From a virus, in the IMG/VR virus record IMGVR_UViG_3300030107_006707, positions 9,598-73,597 of that record: a stretch of DNA of 64,000 nucleotides. The stretch is one strand, 5' to 3'. Position 1 is the stretch's first letter. Each line of letters begins with the position of its first letter. The position numbers and the translations under genes are program-made. This document shows positions 51,385-58,630 of the stretch, piece by piece. The notes beneath the pieces are model-generated. The model worked only from the letters and a program-made list of their open reading frames with translations. It had not been told where the DNA came from and ran no database searches.

Positions 51385-51461
51385 TGGTAGGGAGTCTAGG
51401 ACTTGAACCTAGAACCTACTGATTATGAGTCAGTTGCTCTAACCAATTGAGCTAACTCCCC
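51385..51461 (-). tRNA. tRNA with CAU anticodon (probably Ile2/lysidine substrate, else elongator Met)
   Basis: ACTGA-CT-CAT-AA-TCAGT anticodon arm, encoded CCA, 77 nt; lacks the initiator GGG/CCC anticodon stem; TilS encoded about 1.2 kb away. Confidence 0.93.
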
Positions 51462-51487
51462 GTAAAAATCTTTTCCTTTCTGCGTTT

Positions 51488-51516
51488 ATTATATTTGATA
51501 TTTTTATTGTTGTGAA
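51488..51516 (-). promoter_or_regulatory. Putative sigma70 promoter for the tRNA pair
   Basis: TTCACA-N17-TATAAT. Confidence 0.6.
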
Positions 51517-51523
51517 GTGTTTT

Positions 51524-51997
51524 TTAGATCAAGTCCAAATCATTACCTGAGTACCACGGTTGCCAACGGTCAGCCGACCCTGGGTATTCAACTTTGTAGT
51601 TGCCGCCACGGCTACCTGGCTGGGCATCAGCAACAACAGCAATGATGCCTGCCAACTTCTGGCGCTGATTACGCTTGCTGTCTTTGAAGACAACAACAGA
51701 ACCGACTGGATACTTAGGTGGCACAGGAGCAACCGAGTCCAGAGCTTGCGAAATGTTGTCTAGAAAATAACCAGCATGATAGTCTACCATGAGGTCACTG
51801 TGATCATCCCAACGTCGCAGATGAGGAGCGCTGATGCTACCATCAGAGTTCTTGTAGAATGAGATCTCTTGGCCAGCCCCTTCAAACTTTACATAAACCT
51901 TTCGGTGATGAACAGCATCGTCCATAATAATGTCAACTTTGCGATTGACTAACTTAGCACGCCTTTGGATTTTTTTGATAGCATTCTCAAGCTTCAT
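51524..51997 (-). CDS. Early hypothetical protein with C-terminal SH3-like 'GSVV' domain
   Basis: 157 aa; directly downstream of a promoter/SD cassette. Confidence 0.75.
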   Translation of the reverse strand: MKLENAIKKIQRRAKLVNRKVDIIMDDAVHHRKVYVKFEGAGQEISFYKNSDGSISAPHLRRWDDHSDLMVDYHAGYFLDNISQALDSVAPVPPKYPVGSVVVFKDSKRNQRQKLAGIIAVVADAQPGSRGGNYKVEYPGSADRWQPWYSGNDLDLI

Positions 51998-52002
51998 AAC
52001 TC

Positions 52003-52053
52003 TATCTCCCTTACAATTTATAATACCATAGCATGGCTAGGAGTCAAGGAAAT
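52003..52053 (-). promoter_or_regulatory. Early sigma70 promoter/RBS cassette, copy A
   Basis: TTGACT-N16-TATTAT with TGG extended -10, then AAATTGTAAGGGAGA. Confidence 0.8.
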
Positions 52054-52075
52054 ATAAAACTTTTTTTCACTTTTT

Positions 52076-52633
52076 TTACCAAAAATCAATTTCTTTTACA
52101 AAGGGCAAATCAATAAACTTATCAAAGCTAGAGCAGATGTAATCATCATTGCCTACCTTACTACCTGACTGTTGATGCTTGAAGATAGTACGATCACCAG
52201 TGCTAATGTAATCAGCAAAATCTTCTTTGTTGAAGTAATACATCTGCACACGTTTAGATTTAGAATCCTGCGGGTTGATACCACAAAAGATTAGGCGCTC
52301 CCAATCCTTACCAACGGCAACATGATTAATAATAAACTTATCATCAATAATCTGATTACCCTTAGAGACAGCTAGTGAAAACTTAATCTCAGTCTTGTAC
52401 CCATCAATGATTCGGTCATGACCTGGGTCTGTAGGCGGAATAACCTTGTAGCCCATTTGGCCCATAAGGTTCTCTACAAAATATTCACCAGCTACACCTT
52501 TTTGTTTGTTGCCTAATTTGTGGTAATCTTTGAACACTAGATCACCAGACCAATTGTTATTGTGACGATTCAGCTTTTCCCATTGGGCGTCCTCAACCAG
52601 ATAATTGAATACTTCATTAATACATTTCTGCAT
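52076..52633 (-). CDS. Restriction-endonuclease-like PD-(D/E)XK protein
   Basis: KQKGVAGE...GHDRIIDGYKTEIKFS. Confidence 0.65.
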   Translation of the reverse strand: MQKCINEVFNYLVEDAQWEKLNRHNNNWSGDLVFKDYHKLGNKQKGVAGEYFVENLMGQMGYKVIPPTDPGHDRIIDGYKTEIKFSLAVSKGNQIIDDKFIINHVAVGKDWERLIFCGINPQDSKSKRVQMYYFNKEDFADYISTGDRTIFKHQQSGSKVGNDDYICSSFDKFIDLPFVKEIDFW

Positions 52634-53222
52634 GTCTTTGCTCCACTAGTTTACGAAATGTTTTGTGAATACCAGGGTTAACTTCTTTAGCATTTGGTAG
52701 GATATCGTGCCTAACAATGCTCCTCATATATTTTCTATCATGATTACCAGGGTCCGTCAAGAAAGGAACATTTTTATTTTCACACCACTGAACAAGATTT
52801 TCTTTTGGCGTAGAGAGAAATGGTCTGATAACATTTCTATTCTTATATGGGATGATACTAGCCCGCCCATGAATAGAAGAAAACAAAAACCACTCAATCA
52901 CATCGTCTAAATTGTGCCCTGTAATAACAGGCAAGTTAAAGCCATGAAACTCTTTATATCGCTCGTTTCGCCAGTGCTCCTCAATAGAGGTCTTGCTTGA
53001 TCTTTCCTGACTCAAAGACCCCACAGCAAGTGGAATTTCTTTTTCTTTACAATACTGCCTGACGAAGTTGTAAGCCTCTTCACCAAACTCAGTTCGGTGA
53101 TCAAAATAAAAAGCTGTTACTTTATGATTGTTATTAAGAAAATCTAGGATAGCCATGGAATCAGGGCCACCGCTTACAGCTACAACAAGTTCTCTAGGCA
53201 ACTTCCCTAAAACTTTTAACAT
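52617..53222 (-). CDS. tilS: tRNA(Ile)-lysidine synthetase (compact, catalytic domain only)
   Basis: AVSGGPDSMA PP-loop, R.ERY, TGHNLDD..E, IRPFL, DPGN....MRSIVRH.ILP. Confidence 0.9.
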   Translation of the reverse strand: MLKVLGKLPRELVVAVSGGPDSMAILDFLNNNHKVTAFYFDHRTEFGEEAYNFVRQYCKEKEIPLAVGSLSQERSSKTSIEEHWRNERYKEFHGFNLPVITGHNLDDVIEWFLFSSIHGRASIIPYKNRNVIRPFLSTPKENLVQWCENKNVPFLTDPGNHDRKYMRSIVRHDILPNAKEVNPGIHKTFRKLVEQRHAEMY

Positions 53223-53223
53223 C

Positions 53224-53448
53224 TTATAACATCACTACTCTAACTTTACCAGGGTAACCAGGCATCCCAGTTTTACATTCTAAGCCTTGATCCTCAGCAA
53301 CCTTGAGAACCACCTCGGACAACGCTTCACTATCACCAACGATAAAGTAAGTAAATAAATGTTTACCCATCCATAGAGATAAGAATTTTTTAACTTCATT
53401 CTCCACCTCCTCATATTCTAGTCCTTGTAAATCTAATGTAGGAACCAT
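53224..53448 (-). CDS. Stand-alone Smr-domain-like protein (degenerate DLQG)
   Basis: Start refined to MVPTLDLQG (SD AAGGAG right after the tRNA CCA); IVGDS...GKVRV; paralogous to 58937..59197. Confidence 0.7.
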   Translation of the reverse strand: MVPTLDLQGLEYEEVENEVKKFLSLWMGKHLFTYFIVGDSEALSEVVLKVAEDQGLECKTGMPGYPGKVRVVML

Positions 53449-53461
53449 TATTGAAACTCCT

Positions 53462-53538
53462 TGGTGATCCAGGCAGGATTTGAACCTGCGACCCACGGTT
53501 TAGAAGACCGTTGCTCTATCCAACTGAGCTACTGGACC
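53462..53538 (-). tRNA. tRNA-Arg(UCU)
   Basis: ACGGT-CT-TCT-AA-ACCGT anticodon arm, D-loop TTGGATA with A20, GTTCAAATC T-loop, encoded CCA. Confidence 0.95.
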
Positions 53539-53542
53539 ATAG

Positions 53543-53707
53543 TTGAAGAGTTTTCGCCCAAGTACGTCTGGGACTCCTGTTCCATGTGTATCTGACCCAA
53601 CAAACCGTTTTCCACACGCAACTCTTCAAAAGGTATGTGGTTACTGAAGGGAGGGACGCTGGCTCTTTGTGCTTCCTGCCAGATCGGTTCGGGTTTACCC
53701 CTAACAC
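53543..53707 (-). ncRNA. Candidate structured non-coding RNA(s) upstream of tRNA-Arg
   Basis: Perfect 10-bp closing stem TTGAAGAGTT/AACTCTTCAA (53543-53629) with inner hairpins; second GC-rich element with GGG-GTAAA-CCC and CTGGC/GCCAG stems. Confidence 0.45.
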
Positions 53708-53742
53708 TTATCTTCGTCTAGTCATCATCATAATAAATATTC

Positions 53743-53829
53743 CTATCCCATTAAAATCATTACTGATGTAACTAACATACCTGTTGCAACACCAGCCAAG
53801 AACATCAATGGTTCCATCCAGTTAGTCAT
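53743..53829 (-). CDS. 28-aa hydrophobic peptide MTNWMEPLMFLAGVATGMLVTSVMILMG
   Basis: SD AGGAG; single TM helix; below the ORF-track size cut-off. Confidence 0.65.
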   Translation of the reverse strand: MTNWMEPLMFLAGVATGMLVTSVMILMG

Positions 53830-53839
53830 AATAAATCTC

Positions 53840-54154
53840 CTAAAGTCCGTAGACGCCAATGACGTCTTTTGCTTTATCATGAAGAATATTTCCACGAGGG
53901 AAGTTGCGAGCAGGAGCCTTCCAAGAAGCTGGCTTCCAAATCAGTCCATCCTCTTTGCTGACGAAGAACCAAACACTCTTGTGGTACGGGCCCTCATCTT
54001 TATAGACCTTGTAAAATTTACCACCCTCGGACACTTTGACCTCGGGCACATTCAAGTTTGAAAACTTAGACTTGTAGTGCTCGTTGAGCATCCCTACACA
54101 TTGATCAAGAAAATCACCCAGGTGAAACTCTACTTCGGGATTTGCGATAGCCAT
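53840..54154 (-). CDS. Small phage protein (KPASWKAPA...RGNI motif)
   Basis: Start refined to MAIANPE (SD AAGGA). Confidence 0.8.
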   Translation of the reverse strand: MAIANPEVEFHLGDFLDQCVGMLNEHYKSKFSNLNVPEVKVSEGGKFYKVYKDEGPYHKSVWFFVSKEDGLIWKPASWKAPARNFPRGNILHDKAKDVIGVYGL

Positions 54155-54155
54155 A

Positions 54156-54350
54156 TTATGCTTCCTTTCGTAAACAGTCTGCGAAGTGGTGTTCAATAGG
54201 AAAGACACTAGAAGGCACAGCATCTTGCCAATCTACAACGACCATTCGCTCACCCTCAAACAAATGACCCTCAAGGCTGATAACCTTGCCAATCTTATTG
54301 CGGTAATAGGGGTGAAAAAGGTGACTAACTTTGGAACCTACTTCAAGCAT
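54156..54350 (-). CDS. Small SH3-like early protein
   Basis: LEVGSKV...IGKVI...VVVDW; directly after promoter cassette B. Confidence 0.75.
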   Translation of the reverse strand: MLEVGSKVSHLFHPYYRNKIGKVISLEGHLFEGERMVVVDWQDAVPSSVFPIEHHFADCLRKEA

Positions 54351-54351
54351 T

Positions 54352-54403
54352 TCTCTCTCCTTACAACTTATAATAACACAGCACAGTTAGTTGTCAATAA
54401 AAT
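54352..54403 (-). promoter_or_regulatory. Early sigma70 promoter/RBS cassette, copy B
   Basis: TTGACA-N16-TATTAT-AAGTTGTAAGGAGAGAG. Confidence 0.85.
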
Positions 54404-54405
54404 AT

Positions 54406-54666
54406 TTAAACTTTTTTCAAGTTACATGCGTAATCAACAAACATAGGAACGTCTATTGTAATTGGCTCACACTGAAACATGACGTGATCTGCTGCGTCTT
54501 GATAATCAACGTTGAACTCATTAGCTGGTGAATAACCAACAATCAGGCAAAGGATAGATGGTGCATTTACTGCTAGCTGACCACCTGCCATAACAAGATC
54601 ACCAGGCTTAAACTCGCAGCGCTCAAAGACTTGTTTTTTATAATCCACTATTCTACTTCCTTGCAC
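54406..54666 (-). CDS. Small SH3-like protein
   Basis: FKPGDLV motif. Confidence 0.65.
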   Translation of the reverse strand: MQGSRIVDYKKQVFERCEFKPGDLVMAGGQLAVNAPSILCLIVGYSPANEFNVDYQDAADHVMFQCEPITIDVPMFVDYACNLKKV

Positions 54667-54806
54667 AACTCTAATTGACTGACGTGCATCCCTTCGGACT
54701 CACCGTTGCCAAAGTCAACCTCTACAACGCCCAAACATCCCCAAGGGAGACTCACAACTCCAAGGCGATCTTCCTCAATATCTCGGACCAGATCACCTGC
54801 TTTCAT
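54648..54806 (-). CDS. Small SH3-like protein
   Basis: Start refined to MKAGDLVRD; LGVV...VEVDF...QLEL. Confidence 0.7.
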   Translation of the reverse strand: MKAGDLVRDIEEDRLGVVSLPWGCLGVVEVDFGNGESEGMHVSQLELCKEVE

Positions 54807-54994
54807 TGACCAACACATACCAACTCCAAGTTTTGGGCCAACATAGGAAAGACGCCTCCGTGGCTGGGGAAGTTCACGAGCCACCATCCTTCACGGTAAC
54901 CAATAACCACCCCAACATCTGGCGGGTTATGTGCCTCGCTGTTCCAGTTGTTTTCAGCGGAAATGTTTTCTCTCACTATATCGCCTAGCTTCAT
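54803..54994 (-). CDS. Small SH3-like protein
   Basis: MKLGDIVRE...VGVVIG...WLVNF...NLELV. Confidence 0.75.
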   Translation of the reverse strand: MKLGDIVRENISAENNWNSEAHNPPDVGVVIGYREGWWLVNFPSHGGVFPMLAQNLELVCVGQ

Positions 54995-54995
54995 G

Positions 54996-55190
54996 TTACT
55001 CTCCGCTATCTACGAGCCAAACAATTTCCCACGCCTCGTGAAGACGGGGGGGATTGTCTTCATGACCTTCCCACTGCACACGAATGTTGTGGTGGTCACC
55101 GCCAACAACGACACCTTTACAACCACGGTAAAGGGGGTGGTACCCTGCGTACTTGACACGCTCACCATGAAACATATTGAAATCACTCAT
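54996..55190 (-). CDS. Small SH3-like protein
   Basis: Start refined to MSDFNMFHGERV after cassette C; KGVVVG...IRVQW. Confidence 0.75.
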   Translation of the reverse strand: MSDFNMFHGERVKYAGYHPLYRGCKGVVVGGDHHNIRVQWEGHEDNPPRLHEAWEIVWLVDSGE

Positions 55191-55191
55191 C

Positions 55192-55243
55192 ACTCTCTCC
55201 TTACAATTTATAGTACCATGGCATGGCCATATGTCAAGGAAAT
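55192..55243 (-). promoter_or_regulatory. Early sigma70 promoter/RBS cassette, copy C
   Basis: TTGACA-N16-TACTAT with TGG extended -10, then AAATTGTAAGGAGAGAG. Confidence 0.85.
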
Positions 55244-55260
55244 ACAAATAAAAAAACATA

Positions 55261-55289
55261 AAAAAAGACACCCCCGAAGGAGTGCCTTT
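55261..55289 (-). terminator. Intrinsic terminator
   Basis: AGGCACTCC-TTCG-GGGGTGTCT-TTTTT. Confidence 0.85.
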
Positions 55290-55315
55290 CTTATAGCCAT
55301 AATCTCTAAGAGATA

Positions 55316-55807
55316 TTAGGCTAGTGTAATAGCTCCATCAGCGTCGTATTGAGCTAGAGCAAACCAATTTGTGCCATCGCACCAACACTCAACAAAATCA
55401 CCTGCTGTTGCTTTGTTATGCACAAATGTAAGAACATCAACGGGTGAGACAACATTTGCTCCCTCGTCGTCACCGCCGCCTACAACTTGACCAAGCATGA
55501 TGTTGGCCGCAGCGGTACCATTACTTGTTGCCGTAATAGTAATAGCTGCATTACTATTGTTAGCAATTGATGGGGCTCCAAGCATAAACTTAAAGTATAA
55601 ACCTTTTGCAGGGGTTGGAAGCTTAACGCCGAACCCTGTACCTGCTGCTTGTTGGGTACCAACAACACCAAGAACCACAAAGCCGCAATCATCTTTTGAT
55701 AGATTTTTGGCTGCATTGACATTTAGAACGTTGTGATTATTGATCACTGTTCCAACGCCTGCGCTCTGAACTAACCCTTTGCTGTCACTAAAAACTGCTC
55801 TTACCAT
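55316..55807 (-). CDS. Putative virion decoration/fibre-like structural protein
   Basis: SKGLVQSAG N-terminus; LPTPAKGLYFKF...GDFVECWCDGTNWF; SD AGGAGG; own terminator. Confidence 0.7.
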   Translation of the reverse strand: MVRAVFSDSKGLVQSAGVGTVINNHNVLNVNAAKNLSKDDCGFVVLGVVGTQQAAGTGFGVKLPTPAKGLYFKFMLGAPSIANNSNAAITITATSNGTAAANIMLGQVVGGGDDEGANVVSPVDVLTFVHNKATAGDFVECWCDGTNWFALAQYDADGAITLA

Positions 55808-55812
55808 AATAT

Positions 55813-55880
55813 CCTCCTATCTTACATGCTTCCGACCCGAGGTGTAAGTTCCCTCATATGGTATTGGGTCAGGCTTACTA
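55813..55880 (-). promoter_or_regulatory. Candidate pseudoknotted 5' leader RNA
   Basis: P1 CTGACCC/GGGTCGG, P2 GAGG/CCTC, loop CTTACA complementary to TGTAAG next to the SD. Confidence 0.5.
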
Positions 55881-55912
55881 TAGATAGCATATGAAATGCT
55901 GTTATGTTAAAA

Positions 55913-56383
55913 TTATCTAACCCAATCTGGGAATCTTTTTTTATATTGTATTCTTAGTCTGTTGACCTTGTTAGCGTAAGCTAATATTTTATCTTTGTTC
56001 TTAGATTTTGGCCACCCTGGTCCGCCATTGTAACAAGCAGGTAAATTTAGTCCTTGGCACGATTTGTATTTTCGCATTTCCTTGAAGACAATCATAGCTG
56101 CTACAGTTGCATGATAAGGGTTGGACATGTCTTTATAAAATGATTTTCTGTCTTTGTATCCCCACTTTCTACCCCAGAATGTCCAGTTGATTTGGAATAG
56201 ACCATAGTCACTAGTCTTAGATATACTCGTTGGATTTAGTCTAGATTCTACCCAAGCTGTTGCAACTAATAAATATGGGTCTTCTCCAGCAGGTTTAGCT
56301 TTCTCTATGATTGTTGCAGCCATAGAAGTTTGCTGAGCCGTAAAATAGGACGGGACTGATAAAGATAATAAAAGCCAAAGCAT
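55913..56383 (-). CDS. Lytic transglycosylase (SLT/lysozyme-like) with N-terminal hydrophobic segment
   Basis: VES...DYGLFQIN...CYNGG. Confidence 0.85.
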   Translation of the reverse strand: MLWLLLSLSVPSYFTAQQTSMAATIIEKAKPAGEDPYLLVATAWVESRLNPTSISKTSDYGLFQINWTFWGRKWGYKDRKSFYKDMSNPYHATVAAMIVFKEMRKYKSCQGLNLPACYNGGPGWPKSKNKDKILAYANKVNRLRIQYKKRFPDWVR

Positions 56384-56393
56384 AGTTCCTTAA

Positions 56394-56561
56394 TTAGAAA
56401 CCTGATGGGCAATTGTCTGGCATAGAAAAATCACCTGACATGACCTCTGCTGGAACTTCAAAAAAGTCCATATCAATTAAGAAAGTCTCAAGGGCATCCT
56501 GTAAGGTAGGAGCCCAGACCTTAAAGGAGACACCACGCACCTGAATTTCAAAGCAGTTCAT
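56394..56561 (-). CDS. 55-aa hypothetical protein (MNCFEIQVRG...)
   Basis: Manual translation; ATGA overlap with the stop of 56558..56767. Confidence 0.55.
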   Translation of the reverse strand: MNCFEIQVRGVSFKVWAPTLQDALETFLIDMDFFEVPAEVMSGDFSMPDNCPSGF

Positions 56562-56767
56562 TTATTTCCCTTTCTTGAACGCTTACTACGCATATACAGA
56601 GATTGTTCCCTCTGTAATCTTCTCAGTACTTTTCTGTTTATTTTCTCTAGCCTCAAGAAGTTTTCTTCTTGCTTCTTGCTGTTGCTTAATAGCTTCCAAC
56701 CTACGATGGTTACGAGCGTGCCAAGCAAAGCTAGGGCTAAGAGAATACCAACCAACATTGTATCCAT
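56558..56767 (-). CDS. Small membrane protein (N-terminal TM, basic coiled tail)
   Basis: MLVGILLALALLGTLVTIVGW; its stop is coupled to the next ATG. Overlaps an alternative-frame ORF at 56586..56780. Confidence 0.55.
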   Translation of the reverse strand: MDTMLVGILLALALLGTLVTIVGWKLLSNSKKQEENFLRLEKINRKVLRRLQREQSLYMRSKRSRKGNK

Positions 56768-56781
56768 ACCTTACTTCCATA

Positions 56782-57138
56782 TCAATAATCAAACACAAAT
56801 GGGTTACCGCTTTCATCAAGCGGGACAATAAGAGTAAAGTCAGATTCAATTGTTTGTGTTCCAGCTTTCCTTTTTATTTTTCTATCATGCAAACTAAAAT
56901 CTTTAGTGTTACTATCATGAGTCTGATTTTTTGGTAATGAGTTTAGCCAGGTTACCAAATACGTGCAATATGGATTTCCCTCATCGGTTAGCTGGGTTGT
57001 CTCTTGAGCCTCTGTAACCACTCCCCAGAATCTATCGTCTTGATGTGACTTTACACAAGCCCCATATGGCAATGCGCCATCAGGCCTATCAGCACGAAGC
57101 TGATCCATAATATCTTTTAGTGTATCTGCAAACGACAT
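56782..57138 (-). CDS. SH3-like hypothetical protein
   Basis: Start refined to MSFADTL; LPYGACV...WGVV...YLVTW. Confidence 0.7.
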   Translation of the reverse strand: MSFADTLKDIMDQLRADRPDGALPYGACVKSHQDDRFWGVVTEAQETTQLTDEGNPYCTYLVTWLNSLPKNQTHDSNTKDFSLHDRKIKRKAGTQTIESDFTLIVPLDESGNPFVFDY

Positions 57139-57139
57139 G

Positions 57140-57571
57140 TTATGCCTTCTTTGTAGATTTAGTTCTTGTAGATTTTTTACGAGTTGTTGTCTTTTTAGTG
57201 CTAGCCTTTTTACTTTTGGTTGTAGTTGGTTTAGCTTTAGCCACTGTCTTTTTTGCTTTAGGTTTAGCGACAGTTTTCTTTTTAGTTTTAGGTGCCTGTG
57301 GTTCAACCTTTTTGATTACAGGGGCCTCTACTTTTTCCTCAACTTTAGGAGCTTGCTCTTTTGGCTTGTCTAAATTGTTTAGTGTGTGCTCTAGGATTTG
57401 TAAGTGTTCATCCTTTGTATTCGCTAACCAATCAGCACGTCGCACTGCTGCACGAACATCTTCCTCAGTTCTGGTCTTAGCTTCTTCAATGGACATGCCA
57501 GGGTTTTCTTTCAGTACTGAGTTAAGTCTATTTATCCAGGCTATTCGTCTGCGTTTTCTTCTTTTAGCCAT
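57140..57571 (-). CDS. Basic protein with histone-H1-like Lys/Ala/Thr-rich tail
   Basis: KTKKKTVAKPKAKKTVAKAKPTTTKSKKASTKK. Confidence 0.75.
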   Translation of the reverse strand: MAKRRKRRRIAWINRLNSVLKENPGMSIEEAKTRTEEDVRAAVRRADWLANTKDEHLQILEHTLNNLDKPKEQAPKVEEKVEAPVIKKVEPQAPKTKKKTVAKPKAKKTVAKAKPTTTKSKKASTKKTTTRKKSTRTKSTKKA

Positions 57572-57606
57572 AATATAATCCTTTCGTTATGTTTTATATT
57601 TAGTTG

Positions 57607-57777
57607 CTAATCCACGATAAAATCATCTAGATCGCATTTATTAGTATCTATAACACACTCTATTTCTTTCTTCACTTTCTCTTGTGACACATCTGTAGGA
57701 GGCGGCTCATACAGCGGCAAAGGCAGTTCTAAAACATTTTCTCTCTGTGCTTCCTTACGATGTATTTTCACGGGCAC
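57607..57777 (-). CDS. 56-aa hypothetical protein (...ENVLELPLPLYEPPP...DDFIVD)
   Basis: Manual translation; GTG start after SD AGGAG. Confidence 0.55.
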   Translation of the reverse strand: MPVKIHRKEAQRENVLELPLPLYEPPPTDVSQEKVKKEIECVIDTNKCDLDDFIVD

Positions 57778-57832
57778 AAACTCCTATGTAGTTGCTATAA
57801 CCCCTTATAATATTTATACCACAGAAATAAGT

Positions 57833-58243
57833 TTAGTCAAGAGAAAATAAACTCTGGAATGTAGAAACTGACTCAACGTTAGAATTTCTTTTATACCAAC
57901 CAGTGCTTTTTATAAAGAAAGAACCCCTGGGTAATCTCTGCCCATTGTTGTTACAACAGAAGCTAACAGTAACTCTGTAACTTAGATTATCTGTCATTTG
58001 TTCGTAGGGAATAACAACAAAACTTTCCTGTCCGTTTGAGAGTCCCACCAGAGCGTCATAAGATTGTTGCACAGCCTTATAATGATTCATACCACTGATA
58101 GCTGCAAAGTCTGCCTGAGTGTGTCTTCTGGTGTTTGCAGCAATATTAATTTCTTGTGTAGTAATGTATTGTAAGGTTAGAGCGATACCAGAAATAATAG
58201 CTGATATCATCAGTACGCTAATAAGAATAAAACCTTTCTTCAT
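57833..58243 (-). CDS. PilX-like type IV minor pilin
   Basis: MKKG|FILISVLMI prepilin leader with hydrophobic helix, IAAN.....QA.FAA.SG PilX_N pattern, IKSTG C-terminal motif. Confidence 0.75.
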   Translation of the reverse strand: MKKGFILISVLMISAIISGIALTLQYITTQEINIAANTRRHTQADFAAISGMNHYKAVQQSYDALVGLSNGQESFVVIPYEQMTDNLSYRVTVSFCCNNNGQRLPRGSFFIKSTGWYKRNSNVESVSTFQSLFSLD

Positions 58244-58630
58244 TTAGAACTCCTCACAGTTCCACTCTGTTGGTTTACATCCAGGTGGATGACGCCACCA
58301 TAAATCGTTGTTTGGAAGGTAGCGCTTGACTCTTCGGAAGTCATTATAATATTCATCTTCAAATGTGGACAACAAGTCGTGGTCCTTGGGAACACCAAAC
58401 ACAAACTTGCAAATACCTACAGCCCGTGACGCTGCATTAATAACTTTGGGATCTTTAATGCTACCACGTTTGAGAAAGACAGCGATCTTGCAGTAGCGCA
58501 CAAAGTTGTCCATCTCTTTGTTTTGCAGACTCAGCCGAGAACAGCATTCCTTCACATCCGTTTCTTTTAGATTATGATGACAGCCAGATAACAACAATGC
58601 CCCGACCAAAATTTTTATTTTCCAACTCAT
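58244..58630 (-). CDS. Cys-rich lipoprotein
   Basis: Lipobox LLSG|C after a basic N-terminus. Confidence 0.75.
   Translation of the reverse strand: MSWKIKILVGALLLSGCHHNLKETDVKECCSRLSLQNKEMDNFVRYCKIAVFLKRGSIKDPKVINAASRAVGICKFVFGVPKDHDLLSTFEDEYYNDFRRVKRYLPNNDLWWRHPPGCKPTEWNCEEF

Noticed and set aside
53560-53700. SRP RNA or 6S RNA identity for the structured region
   Set aside because: Partial resemblance (GGGTCAG, GAACCG, GGAAGCA), but the SRP helix-8 pattern TCAGG-N-GNRA-N-AGCAG is not formed and there is no 6S-like long rod.
53449-53707. N-terminal extension of the Smr ORF to 53496 and ORF 53516..53707
   Set aside because: Both overlap tRNA-Arg; a better SD and ATG exist at 53448.
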